Shown: one piece after another, positions 37,806 through 47,464 of the stretch
Layout of the letters: the number at the start of each line of letters is the position of its first letter
Position numbering within the stretch: position 1 is the first letter of the stretch
Assembly: GCA_963783305.1 (NCBI GenBank)
Contig: CAWAMW010000002.1
Location: forward strand, 832,001 to 896,000
Direction of reading: 5' to 3'
DNA: 64,000 nt
DNA from: an uncultured Gemmatimonadales bacterium
Lineage (GTDB): Bacteria > Gemmatimonadota > Gemmatimonadetes > Longimicrobiales > RSA9
Notes under the pieces: model-generated
The model's database searches: none
The model's input: only the letters and a program-made list of their open reading frames with translations
What the model was told of the DNA's origin: nothing
Made by a program: the position numbers and the translations under genes

Positions 37806-39623
37806 ATGGCCCGGTGGGCCGTCGTGGTAGCGGCCGGACTGGCCGTGGCCGGGTGCGCGGGGTCCGTCGGCCCCGCGGCGGGTCCCGCTCCGGCGTCCCC
37901 CGGCCGGGTCGTGTCCCGGCCCACCCCGGCCCCGGACGCCGGGAAGCGGGTCGTGGTGGACACGGCCGCCGTCACGTCGGCGAGCCCGTTCGCCAGCGAG
38001 GTCGGGCTGGAGATGCTCCGGATGGGCGGGAACGCCATCGACGCGGCCGTGGCCACGGCGTTCGCCCTGGGGGTGGTGGAGCCCCAGATGTCCGGGCTCG
38101 GCGGGGGCGGCACCATGCTGATCTGGCTCCAGGCCGAAGGCCGGACCGAGTACCTCGATTTCTATGCGGCGCAGCCCGCGGCCGCGTTCCGCCGCGGATC
38201 AGACCGGCCGGCGGAAGGGCCGCGGGACCTCCGCATCGTTGCGGTACCGGGCGAGGTGGCTGGACTGTGGGCGGCGCACGAGCGGTTCGGTCGTCTCGCG
38301 TGGGAGACTGTCATGGAGCCGGCCATCCGTCTGGCCAGCGACGGTTTCCCGGTGAACCAGATCCTCGCCCAGATGATCGCCGGGGACTCGGCCAAGCTCG
38401 CCGGCTTCGGCGGCTCCGACCTGCTGTACCCGGGCGGAGCGGCGCTGCCGCCCGGCGTCCGACTCCGGAACCCGGCTCTTGCCGAGAGCCTCCGGCGCGT
38501 GGCGGCCCGAGGACCGGCCGGCTTCTACGACGGACGGACGGCGGCCGAGGTCGTCGCTACCATGAACGCTGGCGGGCACCCGGTGTCTCTCGAGGATTTC
38601 CAGGCCTACGAGCCGCAGTGGCAGCGGCCTCTCTGCACCGTGTACCGGGGCCGGGTCGTGCTGTCGGCACCCCCGCCCCAGACGGGAACGCAGATCCTCC
38701 ACACCCTCGAGCTCCTTGAGCGACACGATCTTGCTGCGCTGGGGCTGCCCACCCGTGACGCCCGGGCGTTCGACGTGCTCGCCAGCGCGCTCCGCCTGGG
38801 CTCCACCGTCCGGGCTCTCAACGGCGACCCGCGCTGGGTCGAGTCCCACGCCCGGGGCCTCGTCTCCGAGCACTACGCCGACGAACGGTCGTCGCTGGTC
38901 GGGGGCGGCCGTGTACCCGAGGAGGTGAGACCCGTCAGCGCAGAGGCCTTCGACGCCGAGCCCTACGCCCCCGCATGCGCCGCCCACGACCCGTGGCGCA
39001 CCGGCACGCCGATGGCGGCCGGCGGGCCGGGAATCACGGCACTGGCGGGAATGCCGCGAATGGGCGAGGCGGCGGGCGGGGGAGAAACCACCCACCTCTC
39101 GGTTGTGGATGGTGAGGGGAACGCGGTGGCGCTGAGTCAGACCAACAGCATGATCTTCGGCAGCGGCGCGTTCGTGGAAGGGTTCTTCCTGAACGATTCC
39201 GGCTACCGATTCGACCCGGAAGAGCTGGAGGGCTCGCTGCCGGCCGACGGTTGGCGGACCCGGACGTCGACCATCGCACCCACGATCGTGCTGGAGGACG
39301 GGCGGGTTCGAATGGTGGCAGGGGCGCCCGGCGGCGGTCGGATCCCCACGGCCATCGTCCAGAACATGGTGTACGCCCTGGACTACGGAATGGACCCACT
39401 GGAGGCCATGCGCATGCCCAGGATCTTCCCGGACCGGCGGGATCGAACGGTCCAGCTGGAAAACGGCTTCTCCCCGGAGGTCCTGGAGCGGGCCCGGTCC
39501 ATGGGGTACGACCTGGAGGCCCTCTCCTTTGGCTATGCCCGCCTCTACATGATCGTCCGGGTCGGGAACCGGTGGGTCGCCGTGGCCGATCCTCGCCACG
39601 ACGGTGAAGCCCGGGGGTACTGA
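37806..39623 (+). CDS. ggt: Gamma-glutamyltransferase family lipoprotein
   Basis: LAVAGC; GGNAIDAAVA, EPQMSGLGGG, AVPGEVAGL, ETTHLSVVD (Thr nucleophile), GAPGGGRI, ADPR. Confidence 0.92.
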   Translation: MARWAVVVAAGLAVAGCAGSVGPAAGPAPASPGRVVSRPTPAPDAGKRVVVDTAAVTSASPFASEVGLEMLRMGGNAIDAAVATAFALGVVEPQMSGLGGGGTMLIWLQAEGRTEYLDFYAAQPAAAFRRGSDRPAEGPRDLRIVAVPGEVAGLWAAHERFGRLAWETVMEPAIRLASDGFPVNQILAQMIAGDSAKLAGFGGSDLLYPGGAALPPGVRLRNPALAESLRRVAARGPAGFYDGRTAAEVVATMNAGGHPVSLEDFQAYEPQWQRPLCTVYRGRVVLSAPPPQTGTQILHTLELLERHDLAALGLPTRDARAFDVLASALRLGSTVRALNGDPRWVESHARGLVSEHYADERSSLVGGGRVPEEVRPVSAEAFDAEPYAPACAAHDPWRTGTPMAAGGPGITALAGMPRMGEAAGGGETTHLSVVDGEGNAVALSQTNSMIFGSGAFVEGFFLNDSGYRFDPEELEGSLPADGWRTRTSTIAPTIVLEDGRVRMVAGAPGGGRIPTAIVQNMVYALDYGMDPLEAMRMPRIFPDRRDRTVQLENGFSPEVLERARSMGYDLEALSFGYARLYMIVRVGNRWVAVADPRHDGEARGY

Positions 39624-39654
39624 CCCGGAGCCGGGACGAGCGCCCTCGAGATCC

Positions 39655-40632
39655 TCATGGCGTCCCCGGCTCCTCCTCCCGCTCCGCCTCCAGCACCTCC
39701 AGGAAGCTGAGGGGGTCCACCGTCACCGCCCCGTAGCGGGCGATCCAGTGGAGGTGGGGCCCTGTGACGCGGCCGGTGGCGCCCACCTCGCCGATCTGCT
39801 CGCCCGCCTCGACGGTGTCGCCCTCCGCCACGAGCTGCCGGCTCAGGTGGAGGTACGCGGTGACCAGCCCAGCCCCGTGGTCGATGTAGACCACGTTCCC
39901 GCCCAGGAAGAACTCGTCCACCAGCGCGACCACGCCGCGGGCCGCCGCCCGAACGGGTGCGCCCACAGCGCCCCGGAAGTCGGTGCCCATGTGGCGGCTG
40001 GTCACCTCGCCGTTGAACTGACGGCCATCGCCGAACGCGCTCGTGATCCGGGTGGCCCGCGGGTGGACCACGGTGTCGGACCAGAGCCGCGGCGTCTCGT
40101 GGGAGCGTGCGGAAACCTCCCGGGCTCGCTCCGACTCCCGCCGCATGCGGGCCTGTATGGCCGAGTCGGGCGGCGAGCCGTACCGGGGCGCGACGCTGAG
40201 CGCCTCCATCCGGTAGTCCCCGGCCCGGATGGGGACGGCCATGGTGAGGGAGTCGGTGGCGCCGTCGTCCCACTCGGCGATAACGGGCAGGAGCAGCTCA
40301 CCCTCGGCCTCGATGGGGGCCGCGGCGAGGGCGGCGAACTCACCGTCGCGGACCTCCTGGAAGTGGAGCGGCTGGTCGGCGAAGGTCGCGCGGAGCGTGC
40401 GGAGGTACTCCGGCCGATCGGCGGAGATCAGGACTCGGAAGAGGCGGCCCTGGACAGGGTAGTCTGGCTCCCAGCGTACCTCGACCCGGGAGATCTGCGC
40501 GTGGGCCGCGGCCGACAGGCCGGGCGCAACCAGCGCCACCAGCAGCAGCACGACCGCGGTGGTCGATCGTGCGACGAACCTCCACGCGGACCCGGGTGCG
40601 GCGGAACGGGAGTGCTCGGAGGGTACGTCCAT
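39655..40632 (-). CDS. M23 family metallopeptidase, secreted
   Basis: ITSAFG, HMGTD, IDHGAG, YLHL, TGPHLHW. Confidence 0.92.
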   Translation of the reverse strand: MDVPSEHSRSAAPGSAWRFVARSTTAVVLLLVALVAPGLSAAAHAQISRVEVRWEPDYPVQGRLFRVLISADRPEYLRTLRATFADQPLHFQEVRDGEFAALAAAPIEAEGELLLPVIAEWDDGATDSLTMAVPIRAGDYRMEALSVAPRYGSPPDSAIQARMRRESERAREVSARSHETPRLWSDTVVHPRATRITSAFGDGRQFNGEVTSRHMGTDFRGAVGAPVRAAARGVVALVDEFFLGGNVVYIDHGAGLVTAYLHLSRQLVAEGDTVEAGEQIGEVGATGRVTGPHLHWIARYGAVTVDPLSFLEVLEAEREEEPGTP

Positions 40633-40655
40633 GGCGCTACTCCACAGCTGTGAAA

Positions 40656-42905
40656 TCAGGGGCCGCCGGTGGCCTGGTTCTTCGGGGGTGTCGGGCCGAG
40701 CGTCTCCCGGAGCGCGTCGAGGACGATCTTCCGGGTCAGCAGCTCCGGCAGCAGATGCGGCTCGGCGGCGGGGTCCGGGGGATAGAGGACGTAGAGCGGT
40801 ACGCCGGCCCGGTCGAAGGAGGCGAGCGCCTCCGTGATCACCGGGTCCCGGCGGGTCCAGTCGGCCTTGATGAGCGCCACATCGTAGTCCCGGAGCGCCG
40901 CGGCCACCTCATCGGTGTGGAGCGCCACGCGCTCGTTCACCTGGCAGCTGATGCACCAGGCGGCGGTGAAGTCCACGAAGACGGGGCGCCCCTGGCTCCG
41001 GTACTCGTCCACCAGCTCGGGGGAGAACTCCTCCCACTCCAGAGCCGCCACGCTCCGGCCGCCCCCGCTGGGCAGCGGCTCGCCGCCGCGGACGGCGGCG
41101 GCGGCGACGAACACGGCCATGAGCAGGCCCAGCAGCGCCAGCGAGCGGGTCACGACGCGGATCCGGCCGGACGCCAGCGTGGCGGGCCAGCGGCCCACGA
41201 GCCACGCGGCCAGGGAGAGGAGCAGGAGCGCGAACAGGAGCCGGGCGGCTCCGCCCATCCCGGTCTGGAGTCCGAAGACCCACACGAGCCAGACGGCCAC
41301 GGCGAACATCGGGAACGCCAGAACCTGCTTGAACGTCTCCATCCAGCGACCCGGCTTCGGCAGCTTCCGGGCGAGGGCCGGCCAGAACGAGAGCGCCACG
41401 TAGGGAGCGGCCATGCCGACTCCCAGGGCCCCGAAGATGGAGAGCGCCTCGACGGGCGGACGGATCAGTGCGGCGCCGATGGCCGCCCCCATGAACGGCG
41501 CGGTGCAGGGTGTAGCCACGATCGTGGCGAGCACACCCGTCAGGAACGCCGACCCGCGGCCATCGCCCCCGCCCATCCCGCCGACGCGGGTGAGCGACGC
41601 CCCGAGCTCCACCACACCCGCCAGCCAGAGCCCGATGCCGAACATGAGCGCGGCCAGCAGCGCGACCACCGTGGGGCTCTGGAGCTGGTACCCCCACCCC
41701 ACCTGAGCCCCGCCCGCCCGCACCGCCAGCAGCGCTCCGGCCACGGCCAGGAACGTCACGATCACACCGGCGCCGAACGCCATCCCGTCCGCCCGCATGG
41801 CGCTCCGGTCGCCGCCACGGCTGGCGAAGCCCAGCGCCTTCAACGACAGGATCGGGAAGACGCAGGGCATGAGGTTGAGGATCACGCCCCCCACGAGCGC
41901 GAAGAAGAGTGCGACCAGCAGGGTGAGCCCACCGCCCGCCGCGCCGGCCCGGCCCACTGCCGGTTCCGCCGGCGCGGCGAGGGGGGTCGCCGCCGCGGAG
42001 GTCCACTCCGAGCCGGAGGCCTCCACCGGCATCGACAGCTCGATACCGCGGTGCCCCGCGTCATCGAAGGCCTGTCCCTCCGGCAGCACCAGGAGCCCGG
42101 TGATCGCGTCGGGCTCACCGGCCATGTACTCCGACTCCGTCAACTCCAGCCGCAGCTCGTCGCCCGCGAGGCCGGCCGGCTGGTCCGCGACGTGGCTGAG
42201 GATGGTGGGATCGTCGGGGAAGAAGTAGACGCCGTTGAAGGCACCCGACCACCCGTCGGGCGGCGCGATCGACAGGACGAAGCCGCCCTCCGTCCGCGCC
42301 GCGCGCGCGGCCCAGTCGTCGCTCTCGACGGGCATCTGGTCGCGGAACCGGCGGATCAGCGACGCGCTCTCGGATACGGCCATCGGCGCGGTTCCCGCCC
42401 GCACCGGCAGCGTGAGGTCGAGGTCGGCGCTGGCCGGGATGCAGACGTCGGCACAGACGAGGAAGTCGGCCACGGCGGCCAAGTCGACGCTCCCGTCCGG
42501 CAGCTCCGCGGGCGGTGTGACGGTGGCGAGGAAGACCACCTCGTCGTGGTAGCCGTAGTTCATGAGCGGCGGGTAGGGAATCCGCTCGGGCACGGGATAG
42601 CGGAGGGAGTCCACCGTGAACCCGTCGGGCAGCGTCCAGCTCATGAGGACGCCATTCCCGGCGTCGCCGGCGTTCTCCCAGTAGGTGTGCCAGCCCTCGT
42701 CCAGGGTCACCCGCAGCCCGACGGTGAACGACTCACCCGGCCGGACCGCCGACACCTCGCTGATGAGCTCGGCCTCGCTGTGGGGCGTGGGGTCCTGCTG
42801 AGCCGCTGCCGCCACCGGCCACGCCGAGCCCAGGACCCCCAGGACGGCCCCCAGCGACAGCGTCGCAACCGCCGACAGCCGTCGGATCCCGCCATTCCCG
42901 CGCAT
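40656..42905 (-). CDS. dsbD: Protein-disulfide reductase DsbD/ScsB family
   Basis: GWHTYW, VCADVCIP, LNLMPCVFP, ATPCTAP, FTAAWCISCQVN. Start may be 42935. Confidence 0.92.
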   Translation of the reverse strand: MRGNGGIRRLSAVATLSLGAVLGVLGSAWPVAAAAQQDPTPHSEAELISEVSAVRPGESFTVGLRVTLDEGWHTYWENAGDAGNGVLMSWTLPDGFTVDSLRYPVPERIPYPPLMNYGYHDEVVFLATVTPPAELPDGSVDLAAVADFLVCADVCIPASADLDLTLPVRAGTAPMAVSESASLIRRFRDQMPVESDDWAARAARTEGGFVLSIAPPDGWSGAFNGVYFFPDDPTILSHVADQPAGLAGDELRLELTESEYMAGEPDAITGLLVLPEGQAFDDAGHRGIELSMPVEASGSEWTSAAATPLAAPAEPAVGRAGAAGGGLTLLVALFFALVGGVILNLMPCVFPILSLKALGFASRGGDRSAMRADGMAFGAGVIVTFLAVAGALLAVRAGGAQVGWGYQLQSPTVVALLAALMFGIGLWLAGVVELGASLTRVGGMGGGDGRGSAFLTGVLATIVATPCTAPFMGAAIGAALIRPPVEALSIFGALGVGMAAPYVALSFWPALARKLPKPGRWMETFKQVLAFPMFAVAVWLVWVFGLQTGMGGAARLLFALLLLSLAAWLVGRWPATLASGRIRVVTRSLALLGLLMAVFVAAAAVRGGEPLPSGGGRSVAALEWEEFSPELVDEYRSQGRPVFVDFTAAWCISCQVNERVALHTDEVAAALRDYDVALIKADWTRRDPVITEALASFDRAGVPLYVLYPPDPAAEPHLLPELLTRKIVLDALRETLGPTPPKNQATGGP

Positions 42906-43115
42906 CCGGTCCTCCACGCGCACCTCCACCGCCATGTTCCAATCCGCCGTCGGCCGGAAGCCCCGCCGGTCCGGCCCACCCGGCCTGGCGGCTCTTCGAG
43001 CTCCGATGATGTGACCCCGTAGACGCGCCGGCGTTCCGGGCCGGCGAGCTCCGTGTGCAAGACGCACCGCCTGATTCGTCCCCCGCTTCGAGAACCATGA
43101 CAAAGGGGAGGCATC

Positions 43116-45407
43116 ATGAGGACGTGCAACGACATGGGAACGATGGGGTGCCGGCGGGCTCCCGGCCAGGGCGCCGGACAGCTGCGGGTCCTGTACCCGC
43201 TGCTGGGCCTGCTGGTGCTGCTGGGGATGGCGTCCCCGGCGGCCGCGCAGGGGTGGGTCGAGCCGCTGCGGCCGGTGCCGGGCGGCGGAGTGGTACGACT
43301 GAGCACCGATGTCACCGTGGAGATCAGCGGGCGGGTCGCGGAAGTCGTGGTGGAGGAGTGGTTCGAGAACCGCGGCGGCGGCCTGGGCGAGGGGGACTAC
43401 CTGTACCCGCTGCCGGGGGAAGCCGTCTTCTCCAACTTCTCGCTCTACCAGGGAGACCAGGAGCTGCGGGGCGAGACCATGGATGCCGCTGAGGCGCGGG
43501 GGATCTACGAGGAGATCGTGCGCAGCAGGCGTGACCCGGCGTTGATCGAGCTCATGGGGCACGGGCTCATCCGCGCCCGCGTCTTCCCCATCGAGCCGGG
43601 GCAGCGGAGGCGGATCACATTACGATACACGCAGCTCCTCGAGCGATCTGGCGAATCGGTCCAGTTCCGCTACGCGGCGGGCGGTCGGAACGCCGGCCGC
43701 GCTCCCGTGACCGGTCGGGTGCCCGTGGACTTCACGCTCATAGCCGACACCGCGGCCTACGCCGAGCCGTTCTCTCCCACGCACCGCCTGGAGGTGGAGC
43801 GACGGGGCGGTGTGCTCCGGGTCCAGCCCGGCGCCGACCTCACGGGCGACCTCAGCGTATTCCTCCCCGTCGTGCGCGACGGCGTGGGGATCACGGTCGC
43901 GGCGTACCGAACGGACGCGGAAGCCGGCTACTTCATGCTGACGCTCTCGCCGGGGACGAGGACGGGCGCCGGCACGCCCAGAGATGTGACCGCCGTGGTG
44001 GATGTCTCGGGGTCGATGTCCGGTGAGAAGCTCGAGCAGACCCGGCAGGCGCTGCACCAGCTGCTGGGCTCCCTCGGCCCGCGGGACCGGTTCCGCCTCC
44101 TGGCGTTCAGCAACCGCGTGCGCTCCAGCGGTGACGGGTGGTCGTCCGCCTCCGCCACGGAGCTGGAATTGGCGCGCGACTGGGTCGACGACCTGCGGGC
44201 GGACGGCGGCACCAACATGGGTGACGCGCTGGCGGAGGCGCTGCGGCTGGAATCGCCCGACGACCGGCTGCCCATCATCGTCTTCCTGACGGACGGTCTA
44301 CCCACGGTTGGGGAGCGCGACCCTGAGCGGATCGCCGCCACCGCCGAGGCGCGCCGCGGTCGCGCGCGGATCTTCGCGTTCGGGGTGGGCTACGACGTGA
44401 ACACCTACCTGCTCGACCGCCTCGGCCGCGCCGGGCGCGGCAGCACCGGGTACGTCCAGCCCGACGAGGACGTGGAGCGGGCGCTCGCCACGCTGGCGGG
44501 GAAGATCACGCACCCGGTGCTCACCGACCTCCGCCTGGACGGTGCCCCCGTCCGACTGACGGAGATCTACCCGGGCGAGCTGCCGGACCTCTTCGCCGGC
44601 GAGGAGCTGGTGGTCTTCGGTCGCTACGAGGGGCACGGCGCCGGTCCGCTCCGGATCGTGGGGCGCCGGGCCGGCCGCGACGAGCGCTTCGCGGTGGACG
44701 CCACCTTCCCCGCCCGCGCCGGCACGAACGACTATGTCCCCCGACTCTGGGCGTCGCGGAAGCTGGGCGAGCTCACCCGCGAGATCCGTCTGAACGGCGC
44801 CAGCGAGGAGCTGGTGGCGGCGGTGCGTGAGACCGCGCTCCGCTACGGCCTGTTGAGCGACTACACGTCATACCTGGTCCAGGAGCCGGGGATCACGGTC
44901 ACCGGCGGCACGGGCGGCGCGCGGCGGCTGCTCCGTACACAAGCGCCGCCCCCGGCGGACGCAGAAGCGGCCACGGTGGCGCTCCAGTCGGCGTCGGGCG
45001 AAGCGGCGGTGAAGGCGTCCGCCCGGGCCCGCGCCTTCCGCGAGGTGGCCACGGCGGCCGACCTGGCGGCGGTCGAGGAGGAACAGGTCGCGGCCGGGCC
45101 CAGCGCGCAGGGGATCCGGATCGTCGCCGGGCGCACCTTCCAGTTTCGGGACGGGACGTGGCTGGACGCGGCGGTGGCGCGGGATGGCGCGGCCGCGGAG
45201 GGCGCGGTGGAGACCGTCGCCGTGGCGGTTTACTCCAGCGCGTATTTCGACCTGCTGGAGGCGTTGCCGGAGCTGCGTGCCCTGGCGGAGCTGGAGGGCA
45301 CGGTGGTCGTGGCCGGCGCGGAGGTGAACCTCCGGTTTGGTGACGACGGCGCGAAGTCGCTCCCGCCGCGGGCGGTCCGACGGCTCGTCGCCCTGTTCCG
45401 GGGGTAG
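43116..45407 (+). CDS. Secreted VIT + vWA domain protein
   Basis: VIT region EWFEN...YLYPLP...RDPALIE; MIDAS DVSGSM, GGT, FLTDG; RLWASRK. Confidence 0.9.
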   Translation: MRTCNDMGTMGCRRAPGQGAGQLRVLYPLLGLLVLLGMASPAAAQGWVEPLRPVPGGGVVRLSTDVTVEISGRVAEVVVEEWFENRGGGLGEGDYLYPLPGEAVFSNFSLYQGDQELRGETMDAAEARGIYEEIVRSRRDPALIELMGHGLIRARVFPIEPGQRRRITLRYTQLLERSGESVQFRYAAGGRNAGRAPVTGRVPVDFTLIADTAAYAEPFSPTHRLEVERRGGVLRVQPGADLTGDLSVFLPVVRDGVGITVAAYRTDAEAGYFMLTLSPGTRTGAGTPRDVTAVVDVSGSMSGEKLEQTRQALHQLLGSLGPRDRFRLLAFSNRVRSSGDGWSSASATELELARDWVDDLRADGGTNMGDALAEALRLESPDDRLPIIVFLTDGLPTVGERDPERIAATAEARRGRARIFAFGVGYDVNTYLLDRLGRAGRGSTGYVQPDEDVERALATLAGKITHPVLTDLRLDGAPVRLTEIYPGELPDLFAGEELVVFGRYEGHGAGPLRIVGRRAGRDERFAVDATFPARAGTNDYVPRLWASRKLGELTREIRLNGASEELVAAVRETALRYGLLSDYTSYLVQEPGITVTGGTGGARRLLRTQAPPPADAEAATVALQSASGEAAVKASARARAFREVATAADLAAVEEEQVAAGPSAQGIRIVAGRTFQFRDGTWLDAAVARDGAAAEGAVETVAVAVYSSAYFDLLEALPELRALAELEGTVVVAGAEVNLRFGDDGAKSLPPRAVRRLVALFRG

Positions 45408-45473
45408 TAATGGGAGTCGGGCCGGTTCCGCGGCGGACCGGCACCGCGAGGGAGCTCGGACGAGGAGGAACGG

Positions 45474-45983
45474 ATGGCGCTGGACTGGGAGGAGGTGTAC
45501 CGGAGCACGTTCCCCGACCTGGTCCGCTATCTCCACCGGAAGGTGTGGGACGCGGACCGGGCGCGGGACCTGGCCCAGGAAGCCTTCGCCCGATCACTGG
45601 ACCGGGAGCCCGCCGATCCCCGGTCGTGGGTTTTCACGGTGGCGGCCAACCTGGCGCGGGACGAGGCCCGCACGGCCATACGACGCCGGCGCCACCTCAC
45701 CCTGGTGAAGGCCGAGCGGGAGGCCGAGCCGCGACCGCCGGACGCGCTCCAGCGGCTGGAGCGGGAGGAGAGGGCGGTGGGCGCCCGTGCGGCGCTGGAG
45801 CGGCTGAGCGAGCGCGACCGTGAGGCGCTCCTGCTCTGGGACGCGGGACTGAGCTATCGTGAGATCGCCGACCGCACCGGGCTGACCGTCGGCGCCATCG
45901 GCACCACCCTGGCGCGGGCGCGGCGGCGGCTGGTGGAGGCATTCGAGGAAACGAAGGAGGCGGATGATGCCGCACGTGGATGA
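45474..45983 (+). CDS. ECF RNA polymerase sigma factor
   Basis: ARDLAQEAF, WVFTVAANL, GLSYREIA, TLARARRRL; GAGGAGG RBS. Confidence 0.93.
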   Translation: MALDWEEVYRSTFPDLVRYLHRKVWDADRARDLAQEAFARSLDREPADPRSWVFTVAANLARDEARTAIRRRRHLTLVKAEREAEPRPPDALQRLEREERAVGARAALERLSERDREALLLWDAGLSYREIADRTGLTVGAIGTTLARARRRLVEAFEETKEADDAARG

Positions 45984-47112
45984 AGGGACCCTGCACGCGC
46001 TGCTGGACGGCGCCCTCCTGGCGGAGGAGCCCGATCGCGCGGCCCAGGTGGAGGCCCACCTCCGGTCCTGCCCTGATTGCCGCGCGCTCCTGGACGAGGC
46101 CGCGGGGGTTCGAGCCGACGCGGCGGGAATCCTCGCGGCGGCCGCACCCGCCGCGCCTCCCACCGCCGACTTCGCCGATGTTCGCGCTCGTTCCGCGGGC
46201 CGAACGGATGCGGTCGGCGGAGGGAAGCGCCGCAGTGGATCGCGGCGCAGAGGTGCGGCGCGCCCGCTCCACTGGACCCGTCGGGTCGCCTGGGCGGCCT
46301 CGCTGGTCCTGGCCCTCGGCACCGGCTACCTGCTCCGGGACATGGCGGGGCCGGCGTCCAGCTTCGAGACGAGCGCGACTGCCGAAGCCGGCCGGACGCC
46401 GGTAGCGGATCCGGCTTCATCGCGTGCCCTGGAGATGGAGTCCGCGGCGCCCACCGCGGCGCCCCCTCCACCCGTGGCCGGTAGTCCGGAAATCCAGGAG
46501 CGGGCGCGCGAGAGGGACGAACCGGAGCCGCGTGGCATGGCGCAGGGATCGGTCGCGGCCGCTGAGAGGGCTCGCCAGCAAGAGCCGGTGGAGATCGAGG
46601 AGATCGAGGAGATCCAGGCGACGGACGCCACCGCTTCGACCCGCGACGCTCTGGCCTCGGCCCCCGCGAAGGTGCGGGCGGAGCCGCTGCTGCAGCTACG
46701 GTCGCAGACGCCGGTCATGTCCAGGAGCGCGGACGGCGAAAGGGCGCCCGGCGAGGCGTGGCTCTCCGCCACGCTGGACGAGGCCCGCGCGGCGCTGGAC
46801 GGACCTGTTTACCGGCTGCCCCGCGCCCGCATCGAGGAGACCTACGTGGACGCCGGTCCCGATGCGCCACGCGTGCTGACGCTCCAGCGGCTGGAGAGCG
46901 GTGTGCCGGTGCGGGTGGTCCAGGCGCTGGGATCGGCGGGAGCGCTGGGAGCGGCACCGCCTGCGTCCGCCGCGGCGGGCGATGGGAGCGGCGCCCTCCC
47001 GGCTCCGGAGGTCGCCCGGGTGACCGTCGACCGGTACACCCTGGAGGTCACGGGCTCGCTCCCGGTCGAGCTCCTGGCGATCCTGGCCCAGTCGGCGTCG
47101 CCCGCCCGCTGA
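45964..47112 (+). CDS. Zinc-binding (zf-HC2) membrane anti-sigma factor
   Basis: HLRSCPDC (HxxxCxxC), one TM WAASLVLALG, low-complexity outer region; overlaps the sigma gene. Confidence 0.88.
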   Translation: MMPHVDEGTLHALLDGALLAEEPDRAAQVEAHLRSCPDCRALLDEAAGVRADAAGILAAAAPAAPPTADFADVRARSAGRTDAVGGGKRRSGSRRRGAARPLHWTRRVAWAASLVLALGTGYLLRDMAGPASSFETSATAEAGRTPVADPASSRALEMESAAPTAAPPPPVAGSPEIQERARERDEPEPRGMAQGSVAAAERARQQEPVEIEEIEEIQATDATASTRDALASAPAKVRAEPLLQLRSQTPVMSRSADGERAPGEAWLSATLDEARAALDGPVYRLPRARIEETYVDAGPDAPRVLTLQRLESGVPVRVVQALGSAGALGAAPPASAAAGDGSGALPAPEVARVTVDRYTLEVTGSLPVELLAILAQSASPAR

Positions 47113-47124
47113 GCCAGCCCGAGC

Positions 47125-47370
47125 TCAACCGCCGGGACCGCCCAGGTCGCGCTCCTGGCGGTCGGACTCGCTGATCCGCTGATCGCTCCGGCCCGCGCCC
47201 TCCGAGCCGGCGTCGGCGTGTCCGTGCCCCTGGTTCTTGGACTCCTGACTCTCATCGTAATCGCGGTCGGAGCCCACGGTCTTCGCGTTGCGGTCCCCGG
47301 TCGGAGGGGCGTCGGTGCCGTGTCGAGTGGCGCCACTCTCGTCCTGGACCGTTTTCCCGAGGTCGCTCAT
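47125..47370 (-). CDS. Small hydrophilic, probably disordered protein
   Basis: GGAGG RBS; MSDLGKTVQDESGATRHG...QERDLGGPGG. Confidence 0.6.
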   Translation of the reverse strand: MSDLGKTVQDESGATRHGTDAPPTGDRNAKTVGSDRDYDESQESKNQGHGHADAGSEGAGRSDQRISESDRQERDLGGPGG

Positions 47371-47464
47371 TGCCTGCCTCCCTGCATGGTGAATGGGAGG
47401 ATACCAAGGGGCAAGAGGTATTCCGGCGGAGGTCGAGGGGCCGGCGATCCTGGACGACGCTGGG

